64,000 nt of DNA. Source: Proteobacteria bacterium UBA981. Its GTDB lineage: Bacteria > Pseudomonadota > Gammaproteobacteria > Ga0077536. Below the pieces are notes generated by a model. The model saw only the letters and a list, made by a program, of their open reading frames with translations, searched no databases and had not been told where the DNA came from. The DNA lies in the NCBI GenBank assembly GCA_002292285.1, contig DBBP01000002.1:133214-197213 (forward strand). The letters are read 5' to 3'. This document shows positions 30,830 to 40,503 of this stretch, in pieces (position 1 is the stretch's first letter; every line of letters starts with the position of its first letter). The position numbers and the translations under genes are program-made.

Positions 30830-31588
30830 TTGCGGACCGACGCGCCTGCCTTGACGACACTATTCGTCTCAGATCTGCATTTATGTGCCGAGCGCGCAGA
30901 CAAACTCAAGCTGTTCGAACAGTTTGCGGAGCACGCACGTAGGCGCGCCGACGAAATTTATATCCTCGGTGATTTGTTCGAGGTCTGGATAGGTGACGAC
31001 AGCGGCGCGCCTGCGCATCGCCGAGTCGTTGACGCAATCGCTGCTCTCAGCCGGAGTGGGGTCAGGGTCTCGATTACCCGAGGTAATCGAGACTTTTTAT
31101 TGGGGCAGAAATTCTGCAACGAGACTGGCGCCACACTACTCGATGATTTCACCACCATCACTTTGCAGGGCCAGCAAACGTTGCTGACACACGGCGATGT
31201 GTTGTGTACGGCAGACACCAAATATCAAAAATTTCGGCGTGTCGTGCGTAATCCCGTGTTGCAAGCCGTGTTCCTTGCTTCGCCACTATCGTGGCGTTCC
31301 CGCATTGCGCAGCACACCCAATCAGGCACCCAGGCGTCTATGGCTGTCAAAGCGCCTGAAATCATGGATGTCGAGCAGGAGACTGTGGTGGCCGCCATGC
31401 ACCGCTATGGTTGCAGCCAACTCATCCACGGACACACCCATCGCCCCGACACCCATGAGTTCGAGCATCAAGGAGAAGTATGGCGACGAATTGTGCTCGG
31501 CGATTGGTATGAACAAGACGAAGTACTCGTGTGTCGTGACGCAGAACCGCGCAGTTTACGCATCGACGAATTTCTTTCGTCCGCCTGA
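30830..31588 (+). CDS. lpxH: UDP-2,3-diacylglucosamine diphosphatase LpxH
   Basis: 252 aa; LFVSDLHL, GNRDF, THGD, GHTHRP calcineurin-like motifs, collinear with LpxH; adjacent to ppiB as in E. coli. Confidence 0.85.
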   Translation: MRTDAPALTTLFVSDLHLCAERADKLKLFEQFAEHARRRADEIYILGDLFEVWIGDDSGAPAHRRVVDAIAALSRSGVRVSITRGNRDFLLGQKFCNETGATLLDDFTTITLQGQQTLLTHGDVLCTADTKYQKFRRVVRNPVLQAVFLASPLSWRSRIAQHTQSGTQASMAVKAPEIMDVEQETVVAAMHRYGCSQLIHGHTHRPDTHEFEHQGEVWRRIVLGDWYEQDEVLVCRDAEPRSLRIDEFLSSA

Positions 31589-31589
31589 T

Positions 31590-32465
31590 TTACCGGATTA
31601 AGAGCGCGACGCCCGCCATCAACACTATCCATGCCGTCAGGGTCCGTAACAGTAGCGCGTACATGGCATCGATACGGTGAGCACGAATATCACCACTGAT
31701 TGGTACGTCGATCCGACCGTTGTCTGTTGCGGCAAGCGCCGCACGAGCGAGTAGTTCGCGGCTGCTGCCCCAACGAAACACGCCGAAGTCGCGCCCACAG
31801 TCGAGTACCGGCAGCAGGGTCCCCGCGATGCCGAGCAGAAACATGCTGAGGCGCGCCGGCAACCACTCAAGCGCTTCGCACAAATCGCCCAGCAACGCTT
31901 CAATTTCCGCACTTAGCCCAGCGCGCTCACGCAGGTTGCAGATCAATCGGTAGGCGATAGCGCCTAGCGGACCCGCAGCGAAGAACCACATCACGGGCAC
32001 GAACCACGCACGATTGGCCGACACCGCAAGAGCGGCTAAATCGCCGCGGGTCGCGTTGAATTGCACGTCATCGGTAGCGTCACCGACATCGTAATCCGAT
32101 CCAGCTGTAGCAAACGTAACTTGCGGCACTCCAGACGAGCCCTCCCCGGCAAGTTGGTTTTTGTACGTCTCGACTTCATCGCTCAAGTCTTCCGGCCCAA
32201 AAGCTAATAGCAATGTCGCGAAGCTTGCAAGATAACCAAGAAACGGTGCGAGGCCATGCAAGATGGAAAACAACGCGCTCGCGACACACAGCGGCAATCC
32301 GACGATAACAGCGATTGCGACCGACTTAGTCCACCACTGGTAGCGTGCGCAAAATCCTTCCAGCCACGTGACCCACAATATAGTCCAGCCACGGCGTCGC
32401 TGTTCGACCATGCTTTTGACGATGAATTCGACCACGACGGCGAGCAAAACGATGAGAAAATTCAT
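31590..32465 (-). CDS. ampE: AmpE-like membrane protein
   Basis: Polytopic membrane protein directly downstream of ampD, overlapping it by 4 bp. Start taken as MNFLIVLLAVV (32465) rather than the longer ORF. Confidence 0.6.
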   Translation of the reverse strand: MNFLIVLLAVVVEFIVKSMVEQRRRGWTILWVTWLEGFCARYQWWTKSVAIAVIVGLPLCVASALFSILHGLAPFLGYLASFATLLLAFGPEDLSDEVETYKNQLAGEGSSGVPQVTFATAGSDYDVGDATDDVQFNATRGDLAALAVSANRAWFVPVMWFFAAGPLGAIAYRLICNLRERAGLSAEIEALLGDLCEALEWLPARLSMFLLGIAGTLLPVLDCGRDFGVFRWGSSRELLARAALAATDNGRIDVPISGDIRAHRIDAMYALLLRTLTAWIVLMAGVALLIR

Positions 32466-33022
32466 GGTCGAAATGCCGCATCGATCCGGGACCACTCAAA
32501 GCAGGGTCCGGGATCGGTTTTACGCCTCGGTGCAATGTCACTGTGACCTACAAATCTGTCGCGCGTCAGCGTTGGCATGCGCCGCCTCAATTCATCGATC
32601 AGTGTCTGCAACGTCTTGTACTGGTGCTCAGAGAACGGCATTTCGTCGCAGCCTTCCAACTCAATGCCGAGTGAAAAATCGTTACAGGCGCGACGGCCAC
32701 ACCATTGCGACACGCCAGCATGCCAAGCACGGTCTTGGGTGGCGACGAACTGCAGAAGATCCCCTCCCCGTTCGATATAGAAATGAGCGGACACCCGCAC
32801 ACCTTCGAGCGTGGCGAAGTAGGGGTGTAGAGAATAGTCAAGCTGGTTAGTAAAAAGCCGCTCGACATAGCCGCCGCCAAACTCATTCGGCGGCAGAGAA
32901 ATCGCGTGTATAACGACCAGTTCTACCTCGGCGCCAGCGGGGCGCTGATCGAAATTCGGTGAAGAAATACGACGCGCCAGGGGTAGCCACCCCCCCTCTA
33001 CTTCGAGTGCTTCTATTGCCAC
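32462..33022 (-). CDS. ampD: 1,6-anhydro-N-acetylmuramyl-L-alanine amidase AmpD
   Basis: 186 aa; amidase_2 family; SPNFDQRP, VIHAISLPP, AWHAGVSQW, VGHSDIAPRRKTDPGPCF are AmpD hallmarks. Confidence 0.85.
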   Translation of the reverse strand: MAIEALEVEGGWLPLARRISSPNFDQRPAGAEVELVVIHAISLPPNEFGGGYVERLFTNQLDYSLHPYFATLEGVRVSAHFYIERGGDLLQFVATQDRAWHAGVSQWCGRRACNDFSLGIELEGCDEMPFSEHQYKTLQTLIDELRRRMPTLTRDRFVGHSDIAPRRKTDPGPCFEWSRIDAAFRP

Positions 33023-33088
33023 CGTCTGACGGATATCTGCATGCGCAGTTTTAAGTTGTGACGTGGTCTCAACTGGCGTCGACGTGAC

Positions 33089-34108
33089 CTATACGGGGTG
33101 AGCCAGCACGAGCGAAAATTTCGTGCCTGCCGATTCGTAGTGGTTGGCAATCGTGAAGCCCGCCTCACGCAACAGGCGCTCGAGCTGCGCACGGGTGAAC
33201 TTCCTACTGATTTCCGTGAGGATGTGGTCGCCCTCCTGGAATTCAATAACCTGATCGAGAGCGTTCAGCCGAACTTGTTGCCCGCACATTGAAATCAAGT
33301 GCATCTCGATGCGCGATTCCAGAGGATTAAAGTGCGCATAGTGCTCAAAACTTTCAACGTCGAAATCCGCACCAAGCTCCCGATTCAGCACGTGCAGCAG
33401 GTTGAGGTTAAACGCGGCGGTGATGCCGGCGTCGTCGTTGTACGCAGCGTGCAGAACATCCGGCTGCTTGACCCGATCGGCGCCTATGAGCAGGCTGTCG
33501 CCAGGCGACATGGTGGCGCGGAGTTCAGCAAGAAAATCACGCGCGTCAGATTCGGCGAAATTACCGATTGTGCCGCCCAGAAACACCACCAGATTTCGTC
33601 CCTTGTGGCGCGGCAGATTGCCGAGCCCGGCCGTGTAATCCCCAACCAGCGGACGCACGTCGAGCCACTCATAGTCCGCCTGTAGAGATTCGCTCGAACT
33701 GACCAGAATTTCATCGCAAACATCGACCGGTGAGTAAACCGGATACCACGCTTGCTCAGTACAGGCATCGAGCAGATAGCGTGTCTTTCGGGACGTACCG
33801 CTACCCAGTTCTACGATGCATTCCGGTTTCTCCGCGGCGATAACTTCGCTTGCGATCTCACGAAGCAAAGCCGCCTCGGTCCGGGTTGGATAGTATTCAG
33901 GAGCGTCGCAAATTTGATCGAATAGCAGTGACCCGCGCTCGTCATAAAAATATTTGGGCGGCATTGTGCGAGGTTCGAGCAAAAGCCCGCTTTCGACGTC
34001 CTCTGACAGGCTGTTTATCGACCGTGTCGGGAGGATTTGTTGACAGGCCACGGGGACGGAAGTTGCTGTGTTCACGGTAGAATCCTTGTGCGATACTCGC
34101 TTGCGCAA
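33089..34108 (-). CDS. EgtD-family SAM-dependent histidine N-alpha-methyltransferase homologue
   Basis: 339 aa; PPKYFYDERGSLLFDQICDAPEYYPTRTEA, ELGSGTSRKTRYLL, LVVFLGGTIGNF, AAYNDDAGITAAFNLNLLHVLNRELGADFDVESFEH are collinear with M. smegmatis EgtD. Confidence 0.75.
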   Translation of the reverse strand: MRKRVSHKDSTVNTATSVPVACQQILPTRSINSLSEDVESGLLLEPRTMPPKYFYDERGSLLFDQICDAPEYYPTRTEAALLREIASEVIAAEKPECIVELGSGTSRKTRYLLDACTEQAWYPVYSPVDVCDEILVSSSESLQADYEWLDVRPLVGDYTAGLGNLPRHKGRNLVVFLGGTIGNFAESDARDFLAELRATMSPGDSLLIGADRVKQPDVLHAAYNDDAGITAAFNLNLLHVLNRELGADFDVESFEHYAHFNPLESRIEMHLISMCGQQVRLNALDQVIEFQEGDHILTEISRKFTRAQLERLLREAGFTIANHYESAGTKFSLVLAHPV

Positions 34109-34209
34109 TCGGACAGACTAGAGCGGGTTCACCCCGTACTCAGGATGTACTAGGTTAGCATTCACCCGAGTATTATTCACGAGTCGATTGCGCATTCCGC
34201 CCCTTCAAC

Positions 34210-34734
34210 ATGTCAACTGCACGCCTTGGCTCAACCATGTACGTCGTTGCGATTGTCAGCTTCATCGGACTGATGGCTTGGCTATTCTCCCAGCAGATTG
34301 ACGAACAAAGAAACCCGAATCAGGCGCCCACTGGCAGCACAACGCCGACCGGAGCCACCCAAGTCCGCTTGCAGCGGAATCGGCAGGGCCATTACATTGC
34401 TAACGGCGAGATTAATGGTGCGAGGGCGGAATTCATTGTCGATACTGGCGCGACGGATGTTGCGGTCTCGGCGGAGGTGGCTCGCCGGGCCGGCCTGGTC
34501 GCCGGGCCAGCAGTCGCCGTGACAACTGCTAATGGCCGCGCAACTGCTTACGTGACGCGCATCGATGAATTGAAACTGGGCACCATCGTCGAGCACAACG
34601 TGCGGGCCACAATCGTACCTAACCTCGGCGAGATTGAAGTGTTACTCGGGATGAGCTTCCTGAAACGTCTCGACTTTGCCCAGAATGGAGACGCATTGAT
34701 CCTGACCTCGCATCGACAGCAGCGCAGCGACTAG
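34210..34734 (+). CDS. membrane-anchored retropepsin-like (clan AA, TIGR02281-type) aspartic protease
   Basis: 174 aa; N-terminal TM helix; ANGEINGARAEFIVDTGATDVAVS contains the DTGA active-site motif. Confidence 0.6.
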   Translation: MSTARLGSTMYVVAIVSFIGLMAWLFSQQIDEQRNPNQAPTGSTTPTGATQVRLQRNRQGHYIANGEINGARAEFIVDTGATDVAVSAEVARRAGLVAGPAVAVTTANGRATAYVTRIDELKLGTIVEHNVRATIVPNLGEIEVLLGMSFLKRLDFAQNGDALILTSHRQQRSD

Positions 34735-34745
34735 GTTCGAAAGCC

Positions 34746-36095
34746 ATGCCGGACACGTCACTCAGTAACTTACTCACGTCTTTCAGCAGTGTGCTGTGGA
34801 GCGAATATTGCCTGATTCCGTTGCTGGCCGGCGTTGGGGTCTATCTCACCGTCGGACTGCGCGGCTTTCCGTGGCGCCGCATCGGCCAAGCAGGCGGTCT
34901 CCTTTGGCGTGGACGTCGACCCGATACGGGTAAAGGCACGATATCTCCCTTTCAAGCCCTTATGACCGCCCTTGCTGCGACCATCGGCACAGGCAATATT
35001 GCGGGCGTCGCCGCTGCAATTCATTTTGGCGGTCCCGGTGCAGTTTTCTGGATGTGGGTGATCGCCTTGTTCGGCATGGCAACCAAATATGCCGAGGCTG
35101 TTCTGGCGGTCCACTTTCGCGAATTCGACGCATTCGGTAACGCTGTTGGCGGGCCGATGTACTACATCCGTAACGGTCTGGGCCCCGGGTGGGCGTGGCT
35201 TGGCACGTGCTTCGCCGTTTTCGGCATGATCGCCGCGTTTGGTATCGGCAACATGGTGCAGGCGAATTCAGTCGCCGATGTCATGTTCTCGGAATTCGCC
35301 GTCCCGACGTTACTTACCGGAATCACAGCAGCCGTGCTCACGGGCCTTGTGATTATTGGTGGCGTAAGACGCATCGCGCAGGTCGCTGAGGCCGTGGTGC
35401 CCGTAATGGCAGTCGCCTATGTCAGTCTTGCGTTGGTGATTCTTACCCTGAACTGGGTCGCCATACCTGCCGCAGTCCATCTGATTGTCACCAGCGCCTT
35501 TGAGCCTGCCGCGGGCGTCGGCACCGGCATCTGGGTGGCGATGCGTTGGGGATTTGCACGCGGTATCTTCTCAAACGAAGCCGGACTGGGCAGCGCGGCG
35601 ATTGCACATGCTGCAGCTCGCTGCGACAACCCGGTTGAGCAAGGCATGGTCGCGATGCTTGGCACTTTCATCGACACCTTGTGCGTTTGTTCCATGACGG
35701 CATTGGTGATTATTGTGACCGGCGCCTGGAGCGGCCCAGAGCAGGGCGCGGCACTGTCGGCGAACGCATTTACGCTCGGCATCGGGGCACTGGGGGCGCC
35801 GATCGTTGCGATAGCCCTGGCAGTTTTCGCCTTCACGACCATTATCGGCTGGAGTTATTACGGCGAACGCTGCGCGGCTTATTTGTTTGGCGCGCGTGTC
35901 ATTGTTGGCTATCGGATAGCCTGGGTGTGCGCTTTATTGGTCGGCGCGTTGATCAAACTGGAACTGGTGTGGACCATTGCTGACATCTTCAACGGCATGA
36001 TGGCCTTACCGAACCTCGTTGCGCTGGTTCTACTCAGCCCGATTGTATTCAGGCTCACACGAGAACAGGCACCGCAAGTAAGCGCCCGCCGCTGA
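34746..36095 (+). CDS. alanine/glycine:cation symporter (AGCS family)
   Basis: 449 aa; ISPFQALMTALAATIGTGNIAGVAAAI is the AGCS signature; about 11 TM helices. Confidence 0.85.
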   Translation: MPDTSLSNLLTSFSSVLWSEYCLIPLLAGVGVYLTVGLRGFPWRRIGQAGGLLWRGRRPDTGKGTISPFQALMTALAATIGTGNIAGVAAAIHFGGPGAVFWMWVIALFGMATKYAEAVLAVHFREFDAFGNAVGGPMYYIRNGLGPGWAWLGTCFAVFGMIAAFGIGNMVQANSVADVMFSEFAVPTLLTGITAAVLTGLVIIGGVRRIAQVAEAVVPVMAVAYVSLALVILTLNWVAIPAAVHLIVTSAFEPAAGVGTGIWVAMRWGFARGIFSNEAGLGSAAIAHAAARCDNPVEQGMVAMLGTFIDTLCVCSMTALVIIVTGAWSGPEQGAALSANAFTLGIGALGAPIVAIALAVFAFTTIIGWSYYGERCAAYLFGARVIVGYRIAWVCALLVGALIKLELVWTIADIFNGMMALPNLVALVLLSPIVFRLTREQAPQVSARR

Positions 36096-36110
36096 CACGA
36101 AGGTTTCACC

Positions 36111-36962
36111 ATGACTGACTTATCCTTGCCCGCGCCGTTACCCGACGATATAGCGACGACAGTCGCACGCGCCCTGGCGGAAGATGTCGGCAGCGGCGAC
36201 GTGACCGCAAGCCTGATCCCGGCTGCGCATCATTGCAGTGCCGAAGTCCTCTGCCGGGAGCAGGCCGTACTGGCCGGGCAAGCATGGTTCGACGCGGTCT
36301 ACGCCTCGCTCGACCCAACTGTCGCAATTGAGTGGCACCAGACAGACGCGCAAGATCTCAGTCCTGACTCGCTCGTTTGTACCGTGCGAGGCCCGGCCCG
36401 CAGCATCGTCACTGGCGAGCGCTGTGCGCTCAATTTTCTGCAAACATTGTCGGCAACCGCAACGGCGACGCGCAGCTACGTAAACGAATTAGCAGGCAGC
36501 GGAACACAAATTCTGGACACGCGGAAAACCATTCCGGGACTACGCTCGGCGCAGAAATACGCCGTGCGGTGTGGCGGCGGCGCAAACCACCGGCTCGGAT
36601 TATTCGATGCCGTTTTGATTAAGGAGAATCACATTGCAGCGGCCGGTTCGATTGCCGCGGCGATAAGTGCCATTCGCAACACCCATCCGGGCCTACGCGT
36701 GGAAGTAGAGGTCGAGACAATGGCGGAACTCGAACAAGCACTCAACGCCAACACTGACATGGTGTTACTGGATAATTTTGCCGTGAACGAAATTCACGCG
36801 GCCACGCAACTCGTAGCGGGCCGAGCCAAGGTCGAAATATCGGGTGGTGTTGATTTCAATCAATTGCGGCAACTCGGGCAAACGGGTGCGGACTACATCT
36901 CGGTAGGCGCCCTGACAAAGCATGTGCGCGCGATCGATTTTTCCATGCGCGTGTCGGTCTAA
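36111..36962 (+). CDS. nadC: nicotinate-nucleotide diphosphorylase (carboxylating), NadC
   Basis: 283 aa; QPRTase fold; LDTRKTIPGLR, AGADYISVGALTKH. Confidence 0.9.
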   Translation: MTDLSLPAPLPDDIATTVARALAEDVGSGDVTASLIPAAHHCSAEVLCREQAVLAGQAWFDAVYASLDPTVAIEWHQTDAQDLSPDSLVCTVRGPARSIVTGERCALNFLQTLSATATATRSYVNELAGSGTQILDTRKTIPGLRSAQKYAVRCGGGANHRLGLFDAVLIKENHIAAAGSIAAAISAIRNTHPGLRVEVEVETMAELEQALNANTDMVLLDNFAVNEIHAATQLVAGRAKVEISGGVDFNQLRQLGQTGADYISVGALTKHVRAIDFSMRVSV

Positions 36963-37127
36963 TGGCTCGAACTGGCAGTAATTACTGCCGCTCGTTGGTC
37001 GCACCTGTCAATCGACTGCCGGCTCGACAAGGCGCTGCGCGAAGCACTCAAACTTGTTATCGGACGGCCTTGTGCACGCTCGTTCATCCGCGTTAATGTG
37101 CGCTGACAATCGGCGGCCGCCCGACGC

Positions 37128-37997
37128 ATGAAAAAGATCCTCTTCCAGCTCGACACCGATCCAATCCCCAATACCTTCGATACCGTGGTCGCCTACGACG
37201 GCGGCGCAGAGCACGTGTCTTGCCGCGGCAATGTTAAACCCAGTACGGTCGGTACGATGGTTGACGGCGCCGTGTTCACGCGACCGCCGCGCGCAAAGAA
37301 AAATACCGCTTTATTTATTACCGGCAGCAACATGGGCGAAGGCGAGGCCGTGCTCGCTTCCATCCGAAATCATTTCTTCGCTGATTTTCGCGTCTCAGTC
37401 ATGCTCGATAGCAACGGTAGTAACACCACAGCTGCTGCGGCTGCCGCTGTCATCGGCAACCATCTCGACGTACGCGGCAAGCGCGTCGTCATCCTGGCCG
37501 GGACTGGCCCTGTCGGTCAAAGGGCGGGGGTCATGCTGGCCGGCGAAGGCGCTGAAGTGACGTTGACCTCGAGACGTCTTGACCGCGCCGAAACCGCTTG
37601 CGAAGCCATGCGTAGACGCTTCAAAGTTGAGCTGACGCCTGCCGCTACGGGTGACCCGGCTTCGTTAAGCGAAGTTGTCAGTCGCGCCAACATATTGCTG
37701 GCGACGGGCGCCGCGGGCGTGCAGCTAATTCACAACGTAGAGTGGCAAAGCGTTACCGAACTCGAACTCCTACTTGATGCCAATGCGACCCCACCATTGG
37801 GTATCGAGGGCGTCGACATGATGGATCGTGCCACCGAGCGCCACGGCAAAATTTGCTATGGCGCAATAGGTTTTGGTTCGTTCAAACTCGAAGTCCATCG
37901 CGCTTGCATCAGCCAACTGTTCGAATCAAATTCGCGCGATCTCGACGCACCAGAGATATTTGCATTGGCGAAGTCCATGGTGGAGGGCCGCGCGTGA
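37128..37997 (+). CDS. MtdA-like NAD(P)-dependent methylene-tetrahydromethanopterin/methylene-tetrahydrofolate dehydrogenase homologue
   Basis: 289 aa; MKKILFQLDTDPIPNTFDTVVAYDGGAEHV, FRVSVMLDSNGSNTTAAAA, VILAGTGPVGQRAGVMLAGEGAEV, LEVHRACISQLFES are collinear with Methylobacterium MtdA. Confidence 0.7.
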   Translation: MKKILFQLDTDPIPNTFDTVVAYDGGAEHVSCRGNVKPSTVGTMVDGAVFTRPPRAKKNTALFITGSNMGEGEAVLASIRNHFFADFRVSVMLDSNGSNTTAAAAAAVIGNHLDVRGKRVVILAGTGPVGQRAGVMLAGEGAEVTLTSRRLDRAETACEAMRRRFKVELTPAATGDPASLSEVVSRANILLATGAAGVQLIHNVEWQSVTELELLLDANATPPLGIEGVDMMDRATERHGKICYGAIGFGSFKLEVHRACISQLFESNSRDLDAPEIFALAKSMVEGRA

Positions 37998-38025
37998 TCT
38001 CCGGACCAGCGGGACATAACCTCTA

Positions 38026-38691
38026 ATGTGCGGGCGCTTCGCTCTCATCAGTGATCCGGCGGAATTGGCAGAACAATTCGGCGCCGAGTTACCCGCCCGA
38101 TTTGCACCGCGCTATAACATCGCACCATCGCAAGCGCTGCTGAGCGTACGCATGGAACACGGTGAACGTCGCTCGGCATTGTTGCAATGGGGACTGTTGC
38201 CGAGCTGGGCCAAAGACGCGTCCGCCAGCCGCCGGCCGATTAATGCGCGCGCCGAAACGGTCGCCGAGAAACCTTCCTTCCGGGCCGCTTACCGACGGCG
38301 TCGATGTTTGGTCCCGGCAGATGGATATTACGAATGGCGAAGCGAGGACGGGCGCAAACAACCCTACTTCATTTACCGCCGCGACCGCGCCAGTTTCGCT
38401 ATGGCCGCGCTGTGGGAATATTGGGAGCAGGACGGCAGCGCGATTGAAACTTGCGCATTGCTGACCTGCGCAGCTAACCAGATCATTGCCCCGGTACATC
38501 ACCGCATGCCAGTGATTATCGACTCGACAGACTACTCGGTGTGGCTGGATCCGGCAGCCGGATCCACACACGTCGCACATTTACTGCAGGCGAGTAGCGA
38601 TGAAACGCTTGCCTATTATCCGGTCTCGACACGGGTCAATTTACCCGCGAACGATTCCGTGGAATGCATCGAGGAGAAGCTTGTTGGCTAA
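38026..38691 (+). CDS. SOS response-associated peptidase (SRAP/YedK family, abasic-site processing protein)
   Basis: 221 aa; N-terminal MCGRFAL with catalytic Cys2; conserved YNIAPSQ, ADGYYEW motifs. Confidence 0.85.
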   Translation: MCGRFALISDPAELAEQFGAELPARFAPRYNIAPSQALLSVRMEHGERRSALLQWGLLPSWAKDASASRRPINARAETVAEKPSFRAAYRRRRCLVPADGYYEWRSEDGRKQPYFIYRRDRASFAMAALWEYWEQDGSAIETCALLTCAANQIIAPVHHRMPVIIDSTDYSVWLDPAAGSTHVAHLLQASSDETLAYYPVSTRVNLPANDSVECIEEKLVG

Positions 38692-39652
38692 GCCGTACTA
38701 CCTGTTGCTGGCGCTTCTCGCTGTGTGCCCTGGAAGCATTGCAGATAACCATCTTGCTGGTTCAAACACTCAATCCCCACACGCCTCTGCGGGCCAATCG
38801 GGCGCATCGGCGGCTGCTTCCGATCCCGGAGCGGCCATGTTCAAGGCGGCCCGAGCAGCGAGCGCTGCGTATCTCGCCGGCGACCCTGGTACAGCTATCG
38901 ACTGGTGGCAACGCGCACACGAACTCGGATACCCCGATGCGGCATTCAACCTCGGCTTACTGTTGTTGCGAGAAACCGCTACCGTCGAGCAAGGCCGGCA
39001 ATGGTTGCACCTGGCAGCGGCTACAAACGATCCGTTGGCATGTTTCGTTCTCGGCACGAGCCTTGCCGAAGACGGCCGTACGGAATGGTCTGCGGAAGCG
39101 CTAAAGTTTCTTGAATGTGCGGCCAGTCAAGGTTACGCGCCGGCCCAGTACAACTTAGCGACGCTATTGGCCGGGCAGGAATTGTCACCCGCAACGCTGA
39201 GCAGCGCGCGCGCCTGGTACGCGGCAGCAGCAATCACCTTTGCGCCCGCCCGCGGGGCTTTGTCCGCACTCCCGACACAGGCGCCAGTGAGGGCGCCAGC
39301 GACAGCAGTTGTTCAGCCGGGTGTCCACGGGATCGACTGGGTTATGTCCCGCCCGTCAGACTATTTCACGGTGCAAATCGGCGTTGGTCGAGACACGGCG
39401 GCGCTCGAGGCGATGCTAAAACGTCACGTAAAAGATGTTGATACTGCATGGTTTCTCCATCGCCCTGCGGCGCGAGCGCCGTATAGCGCTATTGCAGGTG
39501 CTTACGCGGATCAAAGCGAAGCGGAACAGTTACTTGCAGGGCTCCCTGCCAGCCTTAAACGCAACGGACCATGGGTTCGGCGCTTCGCTACTTTGCACGC
39601 GGAACTGGCGCTCATCGAAGCACCGGCTCTCCCCCCTCCGTCGCCAGAGTAA
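38681..39652 (+). CDS. secreted Sel1-repeat protein with C-terminal SPOR domain
   Basis: Probable TTG start at 38681 with GAGGAG SD, overlapping the SRAP stop. Signal peptide LLAKPYYLLLALLAVCPGSIA, Sel1-like repeats (AQYNLATLLAGQ...), C-terminal SPOR-like domain (YFTVQIGVGRDTAALEAMLKRHV...). Confidence 0.6.
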   Translation: MLAKPYYLLLALLAVCPGSIADNHLAGSNTQSPHASAGQSGASAAASDPGAAMFKAARAASAAYLAGDPGTAIDWWQRAHELGYPDAAFNLGLLLLRETATVEQGRQWLHLAAATNDPLACFVLGTSLAEDGRTEWSAEALKFLECAASQGYAPAQYNLATLLAGQELSPATLSSARAWYAAAAITFAPARGALSALPTQAPVRAPATAVVQPGVHGIDWVMSRPSDYFTVQIGVGRDTAALEAMLKRHVKDVDTAWFLHRPAARAPYSAIAGAYADQSEAEQLLAGLPASLKRNGPWVRRFATLHAELALIEAPALPPPSPE

Positions 39653-39698
39653 GGTGATATGATCGCGCCCTTCCTTCTGTAATTTACGTACTCTGGAG

Positions 39699-40436
39699 AT
39701 GTCCCGATTCGAGGAGATCCTAACCGCGCATAGCGAAGTCCTGCTCAAGGCCCTCTACAGATCCGCGAGTAGTCACGACGATCGCGCACCAGGCGGCACT
39801 GCTCGCACGCGTCAGGTCGCCGAAAACCTCGGCCTCAGCTATCCACAGTTGGTTTGTGCGGTTGGCTTCAATCCCCATATTGAGAATTTGTCAGACGTTA
39901 TCGCGATAATGGGCTTCAGCTCCTACGATGCGCTGGCCCGCGAGCGAAATCTCGCTTTCGTCAATGACATCTACCAGCAACTTTCAATCAGAGACATTCT
40001 GGCGCTGTATCTGCACGTGGCTGGCAGCGCACCGATGCTCGAGATAATTCAGCATCTGCTGCAAAAACGTCTGGAAAAAATTGAAGAGCGCATAGAGCAG
40101 ACGGTGAGCTCGTTGTTCATCGAGCGCTATAAGAAAGAAATGCGGGCCATTTACAGTGACGGCGTGGCGCAAATTGATTTCGCGGAGACCAGACTGGAAA
40201 AAACCCACAGCGGTTTCCGCGCGTTGCTGAACAAGGTGGCCTTGATTGTAGAAAGTCGCTTGATCCCGGTTGGGGATATCTTTTTTCGCGCCTCAATCCT
40301 GCCTGAAGAAAAACGACGTCTGATTATCCGCGGTCTGATTCCGCGCGAGATTGTTGAAGCGCGTTTGGCGGATGCGAAAATTTCCGAACAAGAGCGGTAC
40401 GTTCTGGAAGACCAACTCAAGTTACTCGACGCATGA
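39699..40436 (+). CDS. uncharacterised protein, paralogue A of a tandem pair
   Basis: 245 aa, predicted all-alpha, no recognisable motifs. Shares collinear similarity with the next gene (QLVCAVGFN / QLVCALGFN; VGFSSY; IVESRLIP / IVESDLLP; PEEKRRLI / PAEKRFLI; C-terminal EQERYVLED / EDERQMLED). Confidence 0.55.
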   Translation: MSRFEEILTAHSEVLLKALYRSASSHDDRAPGGTARTRQVAENLGLSYPQLVCAVGFNPHIENLSDVIAIMGFSSYDALARERNLAFVNDIYQQLSIRDILALYLHVAGSAPMLEIIQHLLQKRLEKIEERIEQTVSSLFIERYKKEMRAIYSDGVAQIDFAETRLEKTHSGFRALLNKVALIVESRLIPVGDIFFRASILPEEKRRLIIRGLIPREIVEARLADAKISEQERYVLEDQLKLLDA

Positions 40437-40503
40437 ACGCTCGCTGCACATCCACACTCTCGCATGTCCGTTTGATTGTTGATCGCCAGGATAACCATTA
40501 AGC

